Shown: positions 23,316 to 36,762, numbered from the stretch's first letter. The stretch: 45,491 bases of DNA from Octopus bimaculoides (GCF_001194135.2 NC_068982.1:136079030-136124520), one strand, 5' to 3'. Program-made: numbers and translations. Notes: generated from the letters alone by a model not told the origin.

Positions 23316-24160
23316 NNNNNNNNNNNNNNNNNNNNNNNNNNNNNNNNNNNNNNNNNNNNNNNNNNNNNNNNNNNNNNNNNNNNNNNNNNNNNNNNNNNNN
23401 NNNNNNNNNNNNNNNNNNNNNNNNNNNNNNNNNNNNNNNNNNNNNNNNNNNNNNNNNNNNNNNNNNNNNNNNNNNNNNNNNNNNNNNNNNNNNNNNNNNN
23501 NNNNNNNNNNNNNNNNNNNNNNNNNNNNNNNNNNNNNNNNNNNNNNNNNNNNNNNNNNNNNNNNNNNNNNNNNNNNNNNNNNNNNNNNNNNNNNNNNNNN
23601 NNNNNNNNNNNNNNNNNNNNNNNNNNNNNNNNNNNNNNNNNNNNNNNNNNNNNNNNNNNNNNNNNNNNNNNNNNNNNNNNNNNNNNNNNNNNNNNNNNNN
23701 NNNNNNNNNNNNNNNNNNNNNNNNNNNNNNNNNNNNNNNNNNNNNNNNNNNNNNNNNNNNNNNNNNNNNNNNNNNNNNNNNNNNNNNNNNNNNNNNNNNN
23801 NNNNNNNNNNNNNNNNNNNNNNNNNNNNNNNNNNNNNNNNNNNNNNNNNNNNNNNNNNNNNNNNNNNNNNNNNNNNNNNNNNNNNNNNNNNNNNNNNNNN
23901 NNNNNNNNNNNNNNNNNNNNNNNNNNNNNNNNNNNNNNNNNNNNNNNNNNNNNNNNNNNNNNNNNNNNNNNNNNNNNNNNNNNNNNNNNNNNNNNNNNNN
24001 NNNNNNNNNNNNNNNNNNNNNNNNNNNNNNNNNNNNNNNNNNNNNNNNNNNNNNNNNNNNNNNNNNNNNNNNNNNNNNNNNNNNNNNNNNNNNNNNNNNN
24101 NNNNNNNNNNNNNNNNNNNNNNNNNNNNNNNNNNNNNNNNNNNNNNNNNNNNNNNNNNNN
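23316..24160. other. Largest assembly gap (N run); others at about 3688, 10297, 11476, 32910, 34439, 36281, 37168, 38506, 39647, 41618, 42299 and 44211
   Basis: N runs, almost all bordered by dinucleotide microsatellites. Confidence 0.99.
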
Positions 24161-24595
24161 GTTACACACATAGATACGCACAGCGTAATTTATTATATAA
24201 ACAATATATGCGTATAAATTACGATTAAACCGGATGAAATATGTCACAAGGAATAACATTTTTATAACCGCCCAGCAGTAACTCTATTCAGATGAATAGA
24301 CGTCAGTGATTGGTTGAAATTACAGAAATACGACAACTTTAACATGGAATAACTTGCGAATTACTTTTTTTTGTTAAGAAGACTAAGAGTAAAAGATGTT
24401 TTATATGACACATTCTACCAGTGTCCCAAGTTTCAAAGTGTTTCGTTAGTGTTTCGTTAAGAAAATACTGGTGCCCCCGTTTTAAACTAGATCCTATATT
24501 TGTTATGGCTGACGTTCATTGGAACACCTTGAGAAAGTACATATGCACCATCAACTAGAGTCGATCACGTAAGGAAATCTAATGAATTACCTCTT

Positions 24596-24676
24596 CCATT
24601 TCAAATGTGTTATTATTTTCTTTCTACCATCTGGCTCCAATTGACAGTGATGTACATTGAGGTTTTTGACGCCTAT
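24596..24676 (+). repeat. 81-bp direct repeat, copy 1
   Basis: 78/81 identical to 25578-25658. Confidence 0.92.
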
Positions 24677-25577
24677 ATATAAGCATACAAACGATATATC
24701 CTACCGAACTCGTAGGACAATGTTATCTGATATAATCATTCTGACTTTCGCTCATGAATGTTGACCATGGATATACATCTTTCACTTTCGCCAGTCGTAT
24801 TCAAATCACACCACTTGTCTTTTGTTATGAAATCAGTTGTGAATCTGCAATGAAAAATACAGTAGCGATTCAGGTAGAACGGAGTAGAATTCAGTTCTAA
24901 AATTTATAGCTGTAATAATGCAAGGATTTTCCTAGTGAGATTTAAACTACAAATGTGAATTGATAAAACAAAGCACTGGAGAAACTCAACCCGACGATCT
25001 GCTACACCAATACGAAATGACCTTCGAACTCTACTTATTAGAGAGTTATTTAGCGCTGACGAACAGGTGTCATGTTTACTGGTGTGTGGAATGTACAACC
25101 GAGTTTCACTTTAGACAAACCTTTCATGTTCTTTGATTATAAACTGAAAGATTAGCTCACGCATCAAACAAAGAATTGTAATGTACTTTTAGGCCTAATG
25201 TGTGATATAATTATATTTTGTGATCGATTAATCTCGTGCCTTTGTATTAACGTTTAAATATGTTCACTAAAATGTTTGTATCGTTTTTTAAAATTTTTAT
25301 TTCAGTCGATTATAATTTGAATGTTTGAAACAAATTATCTACACTACAAATGAAAAAGACAGATGAATGCACGTTACTGACAATGTCGCACACAACAATT
25401 GGATGATGCGAACGAACAAATTTCTCGACTGATCAAATGATCTAAAAATTACTTATTTTGCTAATTAATTAATTAGTGGACTTGCGTATGTTTTTCACAA
25501 ATGATGTTCGCAATCTGTGATGTGATATATACATGCACATAATAAGATGAAACTTCAGTTCGTTGCAACTGAGTTTA

Positions 25578-25658
25578 CCATTTCAATTGTGTTATTATTT
25601 TCTTTCTACCATCTGGCTCCTATTGACAGTGATGTACACTGAGGTTTTTGACGCCTAT
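25578..25658 (+). repeat. 81-bp direct repeat, copy 2
   Basis: 78/81 identical to 24596-24676. Confidence 0.92.
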
Positions 25659-25816
25659 CTCATCAATAAATTTCATAGAAACAGGTAGCCTGGAATGGAA
25701 ACTGAATGACTGAATAATGTAATATTCAATCATGATTGTATATCTAGCTTTGTTGTTAGGTTATATTTTGAATATTTTCTAATTATGTCTTCAACACGTC
25801 AATATTTACATTCAAA

Positions 25817-26050
25817 GGCAGCGGGCTGGCAGAAACGTTAGCACGCCGGTCGAAATACTTAGCGGTATTTCGTCTGCCGTTACGTTCTGAATTCAAATTC
25901 CGCCGAGGTCGACTTTGCTTTTCATCCTTTTGGGGGTCAATTAAATAAGTACCAGTTACGCACTGGGGTCGATATAATCGACTTAATCCGTTTGTCTGTC
26001 CTAGTCTGTCCCCTCTGTGTGTAGCCCCTTGTGGGGAGTAAAGACATAAG
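25817..26050 (+). mobile_element. SINE family B
   Basis: Collinear with 19881-20107 and 29471-29702. Confidence 0.92.
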
Positions 26051-26252
26051 AATGGTTAGCACGATGGGCGAAATGCTTAACGGTATTTCGTCTGTCTTTA
26101 TGTTGTGAGTTCAAATTCCGCCGAGCTCGACTTTGCTTTTCATCATTTCGGGATCGATAAATTAAGTACCCGTTGCGTACTTGGGTCGATCAAATCAAGT
26201 GACCCCACTTCTCCAAACATTTCGGGCCTTGTGCCTAGAGTAGAAAAGAATA
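26051..26252 (+). mobile_element. SINE family C directly after the family B copy
   Basis: Has the same head and core as B but a different 3' tail (..TTTCGGGCCTTGTGCCTAGAGTAGAAAAGAAT); lacks about the first 15 nt. Confidence 0.85.
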
Positions 26253-27964
26253 TTTACATTCATTATAATAAAATCCTACTATCCAGGAAAGTCTTAGCGG
26301 GCGAGCATAAAGGCAACGTGACACAGACCACACGATTTTTAACTCATTGATTGTACATAGTACAAAAGGTACCAATGTCGAAAAACGTGGTCGGTGAATG
26401 GGGCTGTTGATCCACTTTCTCCTTTAATAGCTATGCCACTGCTACTGTTATATTGTTATCATTTCCTCATCTATTTGGTGGTGGAGTCATATTTTTTACT
26501 CCTCCTGTTTCTATCTTTGTATCTCTTTCGACAACTTCCCAAACTCAATTTACGTCACCAGGCTTTCTCCTCAACTATCATTACCCTGTTACTTTTCTCA
26601 AGCATTTTTTAGCCATTTCTTTCACCTTTCTGAAATAGGTTTCATTTTGTTTTTTTTCCCTTTCTTTTTTTCAAGCCAACCCATTCTTTCTATCACTGCT
26701 TCTATCTTCTTTTGCGTTCTGTATATTCTACACAATTTTTCTCCCATTAGATTCGCGCCATATCAATTTTATATCTATATTTGCTGTCTTCTCCTCTTCA
26801 ATAAACTTTGCACTCACATCTTCACCATCCATTTTCTACCTTTACAAACACTTTTACACATCATTCTGTTATCGATTTCTTTCTTCCTTATTCCTTTCTT
26901 CCTTTCCCTTATTTACGCTTCCTTTCCGTCACTCATTCACCTGAAAATCTCTTGTTTCATACTTCAATCGCTAAATCATCCTAATCATTCTCCTACATTA
27001 TACTATTACCCTCTCTCTCCCATTCTTTCTCTCATATCAAGTAACTCCTTTATTTAAAGCATGCGAATTTTCCTTTCCCTCTCTTTTCTAGTTTTCTCTT
27101 CTCCCTGCTCAGTTTCTCACATTTCATATAAACGTCCACTCAGTCCTGTCTTACGTTTTTACCATACACCATACTAATACTTTCAACGAATTTTTATCTC
27201 ATCTCTTCATCTTTTTCTTCAAGGAAGTCGTCTTATTTTCCCTTTCTCACTTTATAACTTCTATGTATTACTTTACTCTCTAAAAGGTCTACCAGTTTAA
27301 TGTGTAATATGATAACCCCTACGGATTTGAAATTGATTCTTTGTGCAAGTACTTCAACAGAAAAGAAATCAAGAATTCTTAACAAAAGAAAAAGACAAGA
27401 AGCGAAGCAACAGGAAAATGGAATGAAATATTCCGACAGATCGTAAATCGTAAAATGTAGTTGATATTTAGGCTGAGCGATAAAAGTTATTCCCTGTTCT
27501 TTCTTCCCTGTCAATCTATTTTCCAATACAACGGATAAGGAACAAAAATCTTTTTCCTCTATCATCTCATTAATAATTGTTTCCTCTGCATATGCAGACA
27601 CAAACAAAACAAGAGACAAGAGAGGAAAGGAGGAGAATATGTCAAGCACTTAAGTTTAAAAACAAAAACGTTTACAAATCCTTAACAAAAGTGTTGTGAA
27701 TACGATAACATTTTTAGCATTGTTAAAAGAAGCAGCACGGAAGTTAGCGCGATAATAACGGTGAAAGCAATGGTGTCGTGAGTAGCATCAGAATCATGAT
27801 TACTTTGTGCAATAAATCATAGAGATAGGTTTCGGTGGCAAGAACAGTAATATGGAAAACAGTGCTTGTTGAAGAAAATACTTCAGGCTGGAAATATAAA
27901 AAAAAACAGAAGCTTTTATTCACCTACTTTGAAATGGGAAGCAAATTGTCAAGTGCCAGGTGTG

Positions 27965-28065
<101 letters not shown>

Positions 28066-28357
28066 AGACACAAACATAAACTCATGTGTGCCTGTATATT
28101 AATATATATACAAGAATAAGGGCAGAGAATCGTCAATTAATAATAGAATTAATAATTAACAATTTTGCCAAGTAGTTCAGTATGAAAAAAACCTTTATCC
28201 GGTTTTTGTTCTATGTGTGCCATAAATATCGCCATCCACTTTAGAGAAAAATTTGTAGTTTGGAATCAGTAGTTCTTTGACTGCTATTTCTAAATTTTCA
28301 GTATGTTGGAGAAGCAACTCAATTGCTAATCCCTGTATATTTATAATTATTAATATA

Positions 28358-28406
<49 letters not shown>

Positions 28407-29470
28407 ATTTGTGTGTGTGGGTGAGTGTGAAACGCGTGTGTTTTCAGCATATATGCGTTTGTATATATGTCTATATGTGTATGAGTGTGTGTGTGCGTGC
28501 GTGTGTGCACGTGCGTGTTTGCATGTGCGTGCATGGATGTATGTAGGATAAAAATCGGTTTAATTATGAGTATTACTATGTGCCAATGAGATGCAAGACA
28601 ATATCGTTTGAGTCTCGATAACGATTTGCCTCATTTAACACGTGTATTACCTAAATGACTCTTCTCACTTGAATACAATACAGAATTATGGAGATTGGCA
28701 TTATGTGTCTGCACGTGTTTATTTAGCCACTGACAAAAAGAAAACGTTCATTATATGAATGTCAGGCATATTCTCTTTCAGGTTGCCAGTCTATTTGTAA
28801 TTGGTTTGCTTTGGTTCATGTGTCCTCGAATGACACATAAAACGAACTTTAATATATTGCATTGCACTTGGTTGCAAGTTGAACATTTGACAAATATCGT
28901 AATATTTATAGTGTTTCCTTTCCCTGCGCTCATATAAATTTTGCGTGGTTATTGCAGTTACCTACAAAATGCATAGGTGCGCCGGGTAACTATTTTATCT
29001 ATGATGGTCAATCAACAGCATGTTGCCAAATGTTCCACATGAATATTTTCTTCAGAACAGACTTGAAGAACATTTGTACCTTAAATTAATTATGTGACTT
29101 CTCTAGACTATTTTCTCTATAGGCTAGAGACTAGAATTCTTTCATGTTCCAACTCTATGGAAAAAGCAAGAATATGAGGTCTGCCTAATTCAGTTACATA
29201 CGACATTTTCTAATTCTCAAAACTCAATACTATTCAATACTATTCACGCTGTCTTTCGAGGATCCACGCCAAATTTTGTCAAGACGTTTTAGATGTGAAC
29301 ATTCCGACTGTTTAACATGTTTTGAATATAACACCGCCAATACAATACGACACAAGTGTATTTTGGAAAAAGATATAGTAGTGTGATTTATAGCGTTTAG
29401 ACCATAACGAAGTATATTATTTTCCAATAGAAATAAATTCTATTTGTATCCCTTTAGAAAAAATATGAAA

Positions 29471-29702
29471 GGCGGCGAGCTGGCAGAAAAGCTAGCACGC
29501 CGGGCGAAATGCTTAGCGGTATTTCGTCTGCCGCAACATTCTGAGTTCAAATTCCGCCGAGGTCGACTTTGCCTTTCATCCTTTCGGGGTCGATTAAATA
29601 AGTACCAGTTATGCGCTGGGGTTGATCTAATCGACTTAATCCGTTTGTCTGTCCTTGTTTGTTTCCTCTGTGTGTAGCCCCATTGTGGTCAGTAAAGAAA
29701 TA
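29471..29702 (+). mobile_element. SINE family B with 15-bp TSD
   Basis: TSD AGAAAAAATATGAAA at 29456-29470 and 29703-29717. Confidence 0.93.
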
Positions 29703-30244
29703 AGAAAAAATATGAAAGTATCTGAAGAACGATATGTTTTTCAAAGTTTTAATATATACCATAAATGTAGGAACCGTGAAAGTTTTTTTTTCTCCAAGAG
29801 CAGTGCTAGGAAAGGAGAACGGTTTTCAAAAATTTTTATGGGGACCACAAACATGTTAGATCCCAGTAGCATATTTGCTGTGAGATTTTCAGAAGGGTTT
29901 TAATTGTGTTCAACACTATCGCCGCTATCAGCGTACAAACAATTTCTTATCAAAAATTCAGTTTGTCTCTGATGTGGAATCAAGCATTCTGTAGTTGATT
30001 AACTTATTAGTCATGAAGTCGGGGAAATAAATACTGGTTTTGAAATCGATATAAAAAAGGAAAAGAAATCTATAATGATGTATATGACAAGGAGAGCACG
30101 TGCAGTTATAACACCCTAATTTGCACTTCAACTGGAACTGCACATTCTCCATCATTTGCATTGTGCTCTCTCACTTAATCTTGAAAAGACATGATAGTAT
30201 ATTAATGCTTTTGATTTCCTTCTGAAACTTTCACTTAACTTTCA

Positions 30245-30430
30245 TCTTTTATTTATTTTAGTCATTAGGCTGCAGCTATGTTGGGGTACCGTCTTGAAGA
30301 ATATTTAGTCGAATCAATCAACCCTAGTTCTTATGTCTTTTTATCATATCGGTCATTTTAGCTGAACCACTAACTTACTGGGGCGTAAGCACTCTAAAAC
30401 CGGTCCTCAAGTGGTGGTGGTGAATAAATG
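30245..30430 (-). mobile_element. Degenerate 3' half of SINE family A
   Basis: TTAGTCATTAGGCTGCAGCTATG..TTTAGTCGAATC..GCTGAACCACTAACTTAC..GGGCGTAA matches 4215-4380. Confidence 0.65.
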
Positions 30431-30537
30431 CAGACATAAGGAAACACACACATATGTACACACAAACACACACGCATACACACACATAGACACACACACA
30501 CAGGCACACACACAAACACAGACACATACACACACAC

Positions 30538-30600
<63 letters not shown>

Positions 30601-30762
30601 TATACAAAATTCAGTAGAGCATTAAAATACCACTTGCTATAAACAGACCTCTCGCTCTAAAACCACAAATTACTCCTTATTAAAATACACACGATGAATT
30701 CAACAAACATAACAAAAGTAGGCTTACCTTGTATGAATGACAGAAGTAAGGGATGCGTATAT

Positions 30763-30821
30763 TCCGGGATCAATTGATTTCGCTTTCTCTATGAAAATCT
30801 TACTTAAGCTCGTCAGCCAGA
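30763..30821 (-). ncRNA. Type I hammerhead ribozyme motif
   Basis: Minus strand: TCTGG-CTGACGA-GCTT(20 nt)AAGC-GAAA-TCAATTGA-TC/CCGGA. Stem I is 5 bp (one G-U), stem II 4 bp, and stem III the perfect palindrome ATCAATTGAT. The AUC site falls between 30768 and 30767. Confidence 0.8.
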
Positions 30822-30986
30822 CTTAACGGCACAACACCTATTTCTGAAATAATCATCACATTACATCGTGTGCGTTCTCATATTTGAATGCCCCCGCGAC
30901 ACTCAAAACGAACATATCGTGAGCCAGTATAATTTAAAGATGAATAGGTAACATTACCATTATTATTATTAATAATAATAATAAGT

Positions 30987-31318
30987 GAAGACGCATTGCT
31001 CAGTGGTTAGAGCGTCGAGCTTACGATCGTGAGGTTGTGAATTCGATTCTTGGACTGGGCTGTATGTTGTGTTCTTGATCAACACACTTTATTTCACGTT
31101 GCTCCGGTTAACTAAGCTGTAGAAATGAGTTGCGACATCACTGGTGCTAAGCTGTATCTGCCTTTGCCTATCCCTTGGATAACATCAGTGGTGTGGAGAG
31201 GGGAGGCTGGTATGCATGGGCGACTGCTAGCCTTCTACAAACAATCTTGCCCGGACTTGTGCCTCGGAGGGTAACATTCTATGTGCGATCCCATCGTCAT
31301 TCATGACCGAAGGGGGTC
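30987..31318 (+). mobile_element. tRNA-derived SINE with D-type head and alternative tail (D2), inside (TAA)n
   Basis: GCATTGCTCAGTGGTTAGAGCG..GAATTCGATTC head with TGTTCTTGATCAACACACTTTATTTCACGTTGCTCC. The 3' part (..GACCGAAGGGGGTC) is unlike that of 8448-8600, and AATAATAATAAT lies on both sides. Confidence 0.85.
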
Positions 31319-31417
31319 AATAATAATAATGATATAAAGTGGTCAGCAATTTTACACCGTTATTGGTAAAATAGAAACAAAATTCAGTAGGGTATTAAAA
31401 ATACCACCTACTATAAT

Positions 31418-31571
31418 CAGCTTTTTTTTCAGTTTCTGCCTTCGAAATTCACTCACAAGAATTGGATTGCCCCGGGGCTATAACAAAGCACATATGGCCA
31501 AGAGGCTACGCAGTGGGCCTGAACCCGGAACCATGTGGTTGGGAAGAAAGCTTCTTACCACATAGCCACTT
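31418..31571 (-). mobile_element. SINE family A head fragment
   Basis: TTCAGTTTC..CACTCACAAG..GCAGTGGGCCTGAACCCGGAACCATGTGGTTGGG..CCACATAGCCACT. Confidence 0.8.
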
Positions 31572-32639
31572 AACATTAGTCCAATAAACTTCCCTTTTGA
31601 TTGTGTTGATCTCGTAGTTCTCATTGCAAAGATAATAAACTTTCTCTTTGTTTTTTTTTTATATTATCGTCATATAGGTTCTCTTTTGTGGAGGCGACAT
31701 TGTAATATCCAACTGTTCTTTTGAAATTTGGTGTAATTTGTTTTCAAAGACGTTCCATTTACTATCATCCTCAAGTTTCTTAAAAATTTACACCTTTTTG
31801 ACATTAACATAGATTTCCATAAAATTCGAAACATCAAGTCTCCTCAACGTTGAAATTTCTACTCTTTTCCTTTGGTCCTTTTGATTAAATAATTCAATTT
31901 ACTTCTTAAAGATAATGGTATTTTGTCAAATGTTGCACCTCTTTCAATCCTGTCGTCTCTCACAGAATTCAAATATTTCCTCCTAATTTAAACATTGTGC
32001 GACACTTCTTGACACATTTGTGAAATATTTTATGTGAATGTATGACGTGTTTAAACAATGGAATTCAATTAAGTGCACTTTGGTAGCCAAAAAATTGAAG
32101 TTCGACTATCTCAAATCCTCTGATGTCCTAAACGTTTACATACTTCAAAATGTCCGCAGATTTCTGCAGCGAAGTCTTCAATTACTATGATTTTATGTCT
32201 GATCGATTTTTTTCTTCATATTAATACCCATTAATTGTTCATGAAAGTGATTTTCCTATTTTCTGAGGACCAATCATTTCTAGTGCATAGTCGCTGATGA
32301 ACGTCATAGAGAGAGTACAGGACAGAAATATTATCATAAATATTAATCAATATTTTAAGCTAGATGGCTGTGAAGTGAGATATATGAAAATTATTTACGT
32401 AACTGCCATGCGAAAATAACTGTATAACCACTAATTATTTCCATATATAATGGACACCTACATCGAAATAGACATATATTTAGTGATATGAGAGTTTGTA
32501 TGAATGTTTATGTGTGTGTGTGTGTGTATGTGTATGTGTGTGTCTGCGTGTGTGTGTGTGTGTGTGTGTGGGATACATACACGCACACAAACACACACAC
32601 ATATATATATATATATATATTACACATAGTTAAAATTTA

Positions 32640-32812
32640 TAGAAAAAGAAAAGACGAAGAAAGGTGCATGAATAACAAGTAAGTATATTGGAAAAATGAA
32701 AAGGGCTTTTACGTTTCGAACCTACGGTCTTCTACAGAAACGAATGAGAGAAAATACACAGAAAGAAAATGAAAAAAAAAATGTGGAGTTCAGCGGTCCA
32801 ACATGGCGAATA
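32640..32812 (-). mobile_element. PLE pseudo-LTR-like repeat with variant hammerhead-like motif (CUGUAGA)
   Basis: Homologous to 39405-39600: ATTCGCCATG...TTCGTTTCTGTAGAAGACCGTAGGTTCGAAACGTAAAAG. Confidence 0.6.
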
Positions 32813-32869
32813 ATTGGAAAAAAAGAGTTTGAATAATTATAAATATATATATATATATGTGTGTATGTA

Positions 32870-32909
<40 letters not shown>

Positions 32910-33731
32910 NNNNNNNNNNNNNNNNNNNNNNNNNNNNNNNNNNNNNNNNNNNNNNNNNNNNNNNNNNNNNNNNNNNNNNNNNNNNNNNNNNNNNNNNNNN
33001 NNNNNNNNNNNNNNNNNNNNNNNNNNNNNNNNNNNNNNNNNNNNNNNNNNNNNNNNNNNNNNNNNNNNNNNNNNNNNNNNNNNNNNNNNNNNNNNNNNNN
33101 NNNNNNNNNNNNNNNNNNNNNNNNNNNNNNNNNNNNNNNNNNNNNNNNNNNNNNNNNNNNNNNNNNNNNNNNNNNNNNNNNNNNNNNNNNNNNNNNNNNN
33201 NNNNNNNNNNNNNNNNNNNNNNNNNNNNNNNNNNNNNNNNNNNNNNNNNNNNNNNNNNNNNNNNNNNNNNNNNNNNNNNNNNNNNNNNNNNNNNNNNNNN
33301 NNNNNNNNNNNNNNNNNNNNNNNNNNNNNNNNNNNNNNNNNNNNNNNNNNNNNNNNNNNNNNNNNNNNNNNNNNNNNNNNNNNNNNNNNNNNNNNNNNNN
33401 NNNNNNNNNNNNNNNNNNNNNNNNNNNNNNNNNNNNNNNNNNNNNNNNNNNNNNNNNNNNNNNNNNNNNNNNNNNNNNNNNNNNNNNNNNNNNNNNNNNN
33501 NNNNNNNNNNNNNNNNNNNNNNNNNNNNNNNNNNNNNNNNNNNNNNNNNNNNNNNNNNNNNNNNNNNNNNNNNNNNNNNNNNNNNNNTTTTTTTTTTTTT
33601 TTTGTTGGGTTATTATTTCAAACTTCGTAATAATGTTTACACTGAGTTACTCCAATAGGAGTTTCGAGCTTCGAGTAGCTGTTGTCAAACTGAAAAATGT
33701 GTTTTTTACTGGTTGCTTAAATAGCAAACAG

Positions 33732-33769
<38 letters not shown>

Positions 33770-33974
33770 AATAATAAAGCGTAACAATCATTAATGATTT
33801 TTCCAAGGAGTCAACGCGGAAATACAACCTTATAGGTGTATTCTACAAATATTATATATATATGTATGTGTGTACACAAAATCATTCACACCGATATCAC
33901 ATAGGGGTTTGTTTACAAAAAACAACTACGAACTAATATAGTTTTTAAAATTGGCAGAAACAGGGAGGCTAATT

Positions 33975-34045
33975 AATTGGTGTAATGGTAACATACTTAG
34001 TTGCGCTAACAAAGGTTTCTGGGCTCGAGTCTCACGCGGATGGGA
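33975..34045 (+). other. Degenerate tRNA-like (SINE head) sequence
   Basis: A-box-like TGGTGTAATGG and B-box-like GGGCTCGAGTC about 40 nt apart; no complete cloverleaf found. Confidence 0.35.
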
Positions 34046-34406
34046 AAGTCAGCTTATCTGTCGAGGGCTTGCTTATATGCCCTATTATTAGACTATTTTC
34101 CTTAGTCATGGCATGGTGATCACTATAAGCTTAAATTTTATATAAATACAATTATTGATATTGAGAGGATTGTAATAATCGGCACCGAATATATATCTAT
34201 AACCAGCATGGGAATAAAAACCACTGATGAGGCAAAGCGTTTCTCATGCAGAGCCAGGAAACCGGGATCTGGAATTAAACAGTAATTTTTGCTAGTTTAT
34301 TTTGTCTCTTCGTCTTCTCTCCTGGTGCTATATGAACATTTACTGTGGTTTTAGAGTCAAGCTTTGACTGCTATTTTCAGCGTGGTGTTCTTAGATTCAC
34401 TAAATC

Positions 34407-34438
<32 letters not shown>

Positions 34439-35088
34439 NNNNNNNNNNNNNNNNNNNNNNNNNNNNNNNNNNNNNNNNNNNNNNNNNNNNNNNNNNNNNN
34501 NNNNNNNNNNNNNNNNNNNNNNNNNNNNNNNNNNNNNNNNNNNNNNNNNNNNNNNNNNNNNNNNNNNNNNNNNNNNNNNNNNNNNNNNNNNNNNNNNNNN
34601 NNNNNNNNNNNNNNNNNNNNNNNNNNNNNNNNNNNNNNNNNNNNNNNNNNNNNNNNNNNNNNNNNNNNNNNNNNNNNNNNNNNNNNNNNNNNNNNNNNNN
34701 NNNNNNNNNNNNNNNNNNNNNNNNNNNNNNNNNNNNNNNNNNNNNNNNNNNNNNNNNNNNNNNNNNNNNNNNNNNNNNNNNNNNNNNNNNNNNNNNNNNN
34801 NNNNNNNNNNNNNNNNNNNNNNNNNNNNNNNNNNNNNNNNNNNNNNNNNNNNNNNNNNNNNNNNNNNNNNNNNNNNNNNNNNNNNNNNNNNNNNNNNNNN
34901 NNNNNNNNNNNNNNNNNNNNNNNNNNNNNNNNNNNNNNNNNNNNNNNNNNNNNNNNNNNNNNNNNNNNNNNNNNNNNNNNNNNNNNNNNNNNNNNNNNNN
35001 NNNNNNNNNNNNNNNNNNNNATATATATACACATTATCCTTGAATATATATATATACATACATATATATATATATATGTGTGTGTATA

Positions 35089-35158
<70 letters not shown>

Positions 35159-35172
35159 CATACATAGATACA

Positions 35173-35204
<32 letters not shown>

Positions 35205-35261
35205 GATAGATAGTTAGATAGATGTTTATATGCATATATATTGTATAAATATGTGTGTATG

Positions 35262-35301
<40 letters not shown>

Positions 35302-35369
35302 ATTATATATATATATGAGACATAAACATATATATACATAACATATATAATATTATACGTGTGTATGTG

Positions 35370-35401
<32 letters not shown>

Positions 35402-36341
35402 CATGTGTGTGTTGTATGACACCCACACTGGTAACAAGTGGTGATCTTATGTCTTCTGGCACTCTCTCGTAATAGTCATCTCCTTTTTATCACAACAGTC
35501 TTGATGTAACTGAAGCTGTCATTATTTTATTGCATCTGACATTATTGCTTGAGTAACGTGATGCCAGTAGAATTAATGCTTATGTTGATGATGTGGGAGT
35601 GAGATGTTTAACGTTCCCGGCGCACTAAGTAGTTTTCTGTATTAGCCAACATTCGCTGTAGTTTGTAGTTAGAGTAATTAAACTCTTGTTATACTCGACG
35701 CTATCTGATATTAGAGATATGTAAAGAAAGTGTGACACAGTTGGAGAAATAAACTTACGAAAGATATAGATTACATAAAGGAAATGTGTGTGTGTGAGGG
35801 AGAGAGGGAGTAAGAGAGACACAGAGAGAGAGAGTGTGTATGACGGAACGTCACTGATTCAGTGGGTGAGAAGGAAGAACTACAAAAATGGAAATAAAGT
35901 GCTATATTGTGTGTTGATATATAGGAGGGTTTTAATCACATTAACAAATCGTTCTGTGCTGAAAGGTGTCTGGATTTTAGGAGATGGGGGAAATGATCGC
36001 TCTTGTGTTATAGATATGGTGGTAGCAATATGGAATGTAAGATAAAGTGTGAGAAGACAAGACAGAGAAAACAAGAGAGAGAAAGAAAGAAAAGAAGACA
36101 GAATAATACTTACACATGTTCACACACACATATAGATGGTTATTTGATACATAACGAACAGAATTTCAATCTTTCAAATCTCGGGATAGAAAAACAGAAA
36201 AGGAGTCAATCGATGTATAGGTCGACTGAATTACAGAACGCGGCAAACCTATTATTCAAATTAATCTCTTCGGTAAAGCGNNNNNNNNNNNNNNNNNNNN
36301 NNNNNNNNNNNNNNNNNNNNNNNNNNNNNNNNNNNNNNNNN

Positions 36342-36387
<46 letters not shown>

Positions 36388-36544
36388 GCAAACACACACA
36401 TATAGATGGTTATTTGATACATAACGAACAGAATTTCAATCTTTCAAATCTCGGGATAGAAAAACAGAAAAGGAGTCAATCGATGTATAGGTCGACTGAA
36501 TTACAGAACGCGGCAAACCTATTATTCAAATTAATCTCTTCGGT

Positions 36545-36762
36545 AAAGCGTTGAGCTGGCAGAATCGTTAGCACACCGGACAAAATGCCTGGTAGCGATT
36601 CGTTCGACATTACGTTCTGACTTCAAATAGCGCCGAGGTCGACTTTGCGGTTCATCTTTTCTCGGTAGATAAAAGAAGTACCACCGGAACACTAGGGCCG
36701 ATATAATTGACTTACTCCCTCCCAGTAATTGCTGGCTTTGTGCTAAAGTTTGAAACCAAATT
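36545..36762 (+). mobile_element. SINE family C
   Basis: GAGCTGGCAGAATCGTTAGCAC head, GAGGTCGACTTTGC core and ..GCTGGCTTTGTGCTAAAGTTTGAAAC tail. Confidence 0.85.

Noticed and set aside
27233-27649. 138-aa minus-strand ORF
   Set aside because: Non-ATG start, adjacent to low-complexity pyrimidine-rich DNA, and no recognisable motif.
34221-34273. Plus-strand CCA-CTGATGA-GGC..GCC-AG-GAAA-CCGG-GA-TC-TGG hammerhead-like motif
   Set aside because: It needs two 2-nt insertions and has only a 3-bp stem I; at best a decayed HHR.
36121-36550. Identical 160-bp direct repeat (36121-36280 and about 36392-36550)
   Set aside because: The copies are 100% identical and sit on both sides of an N gap, so this is most likely unmerged contig overlap.
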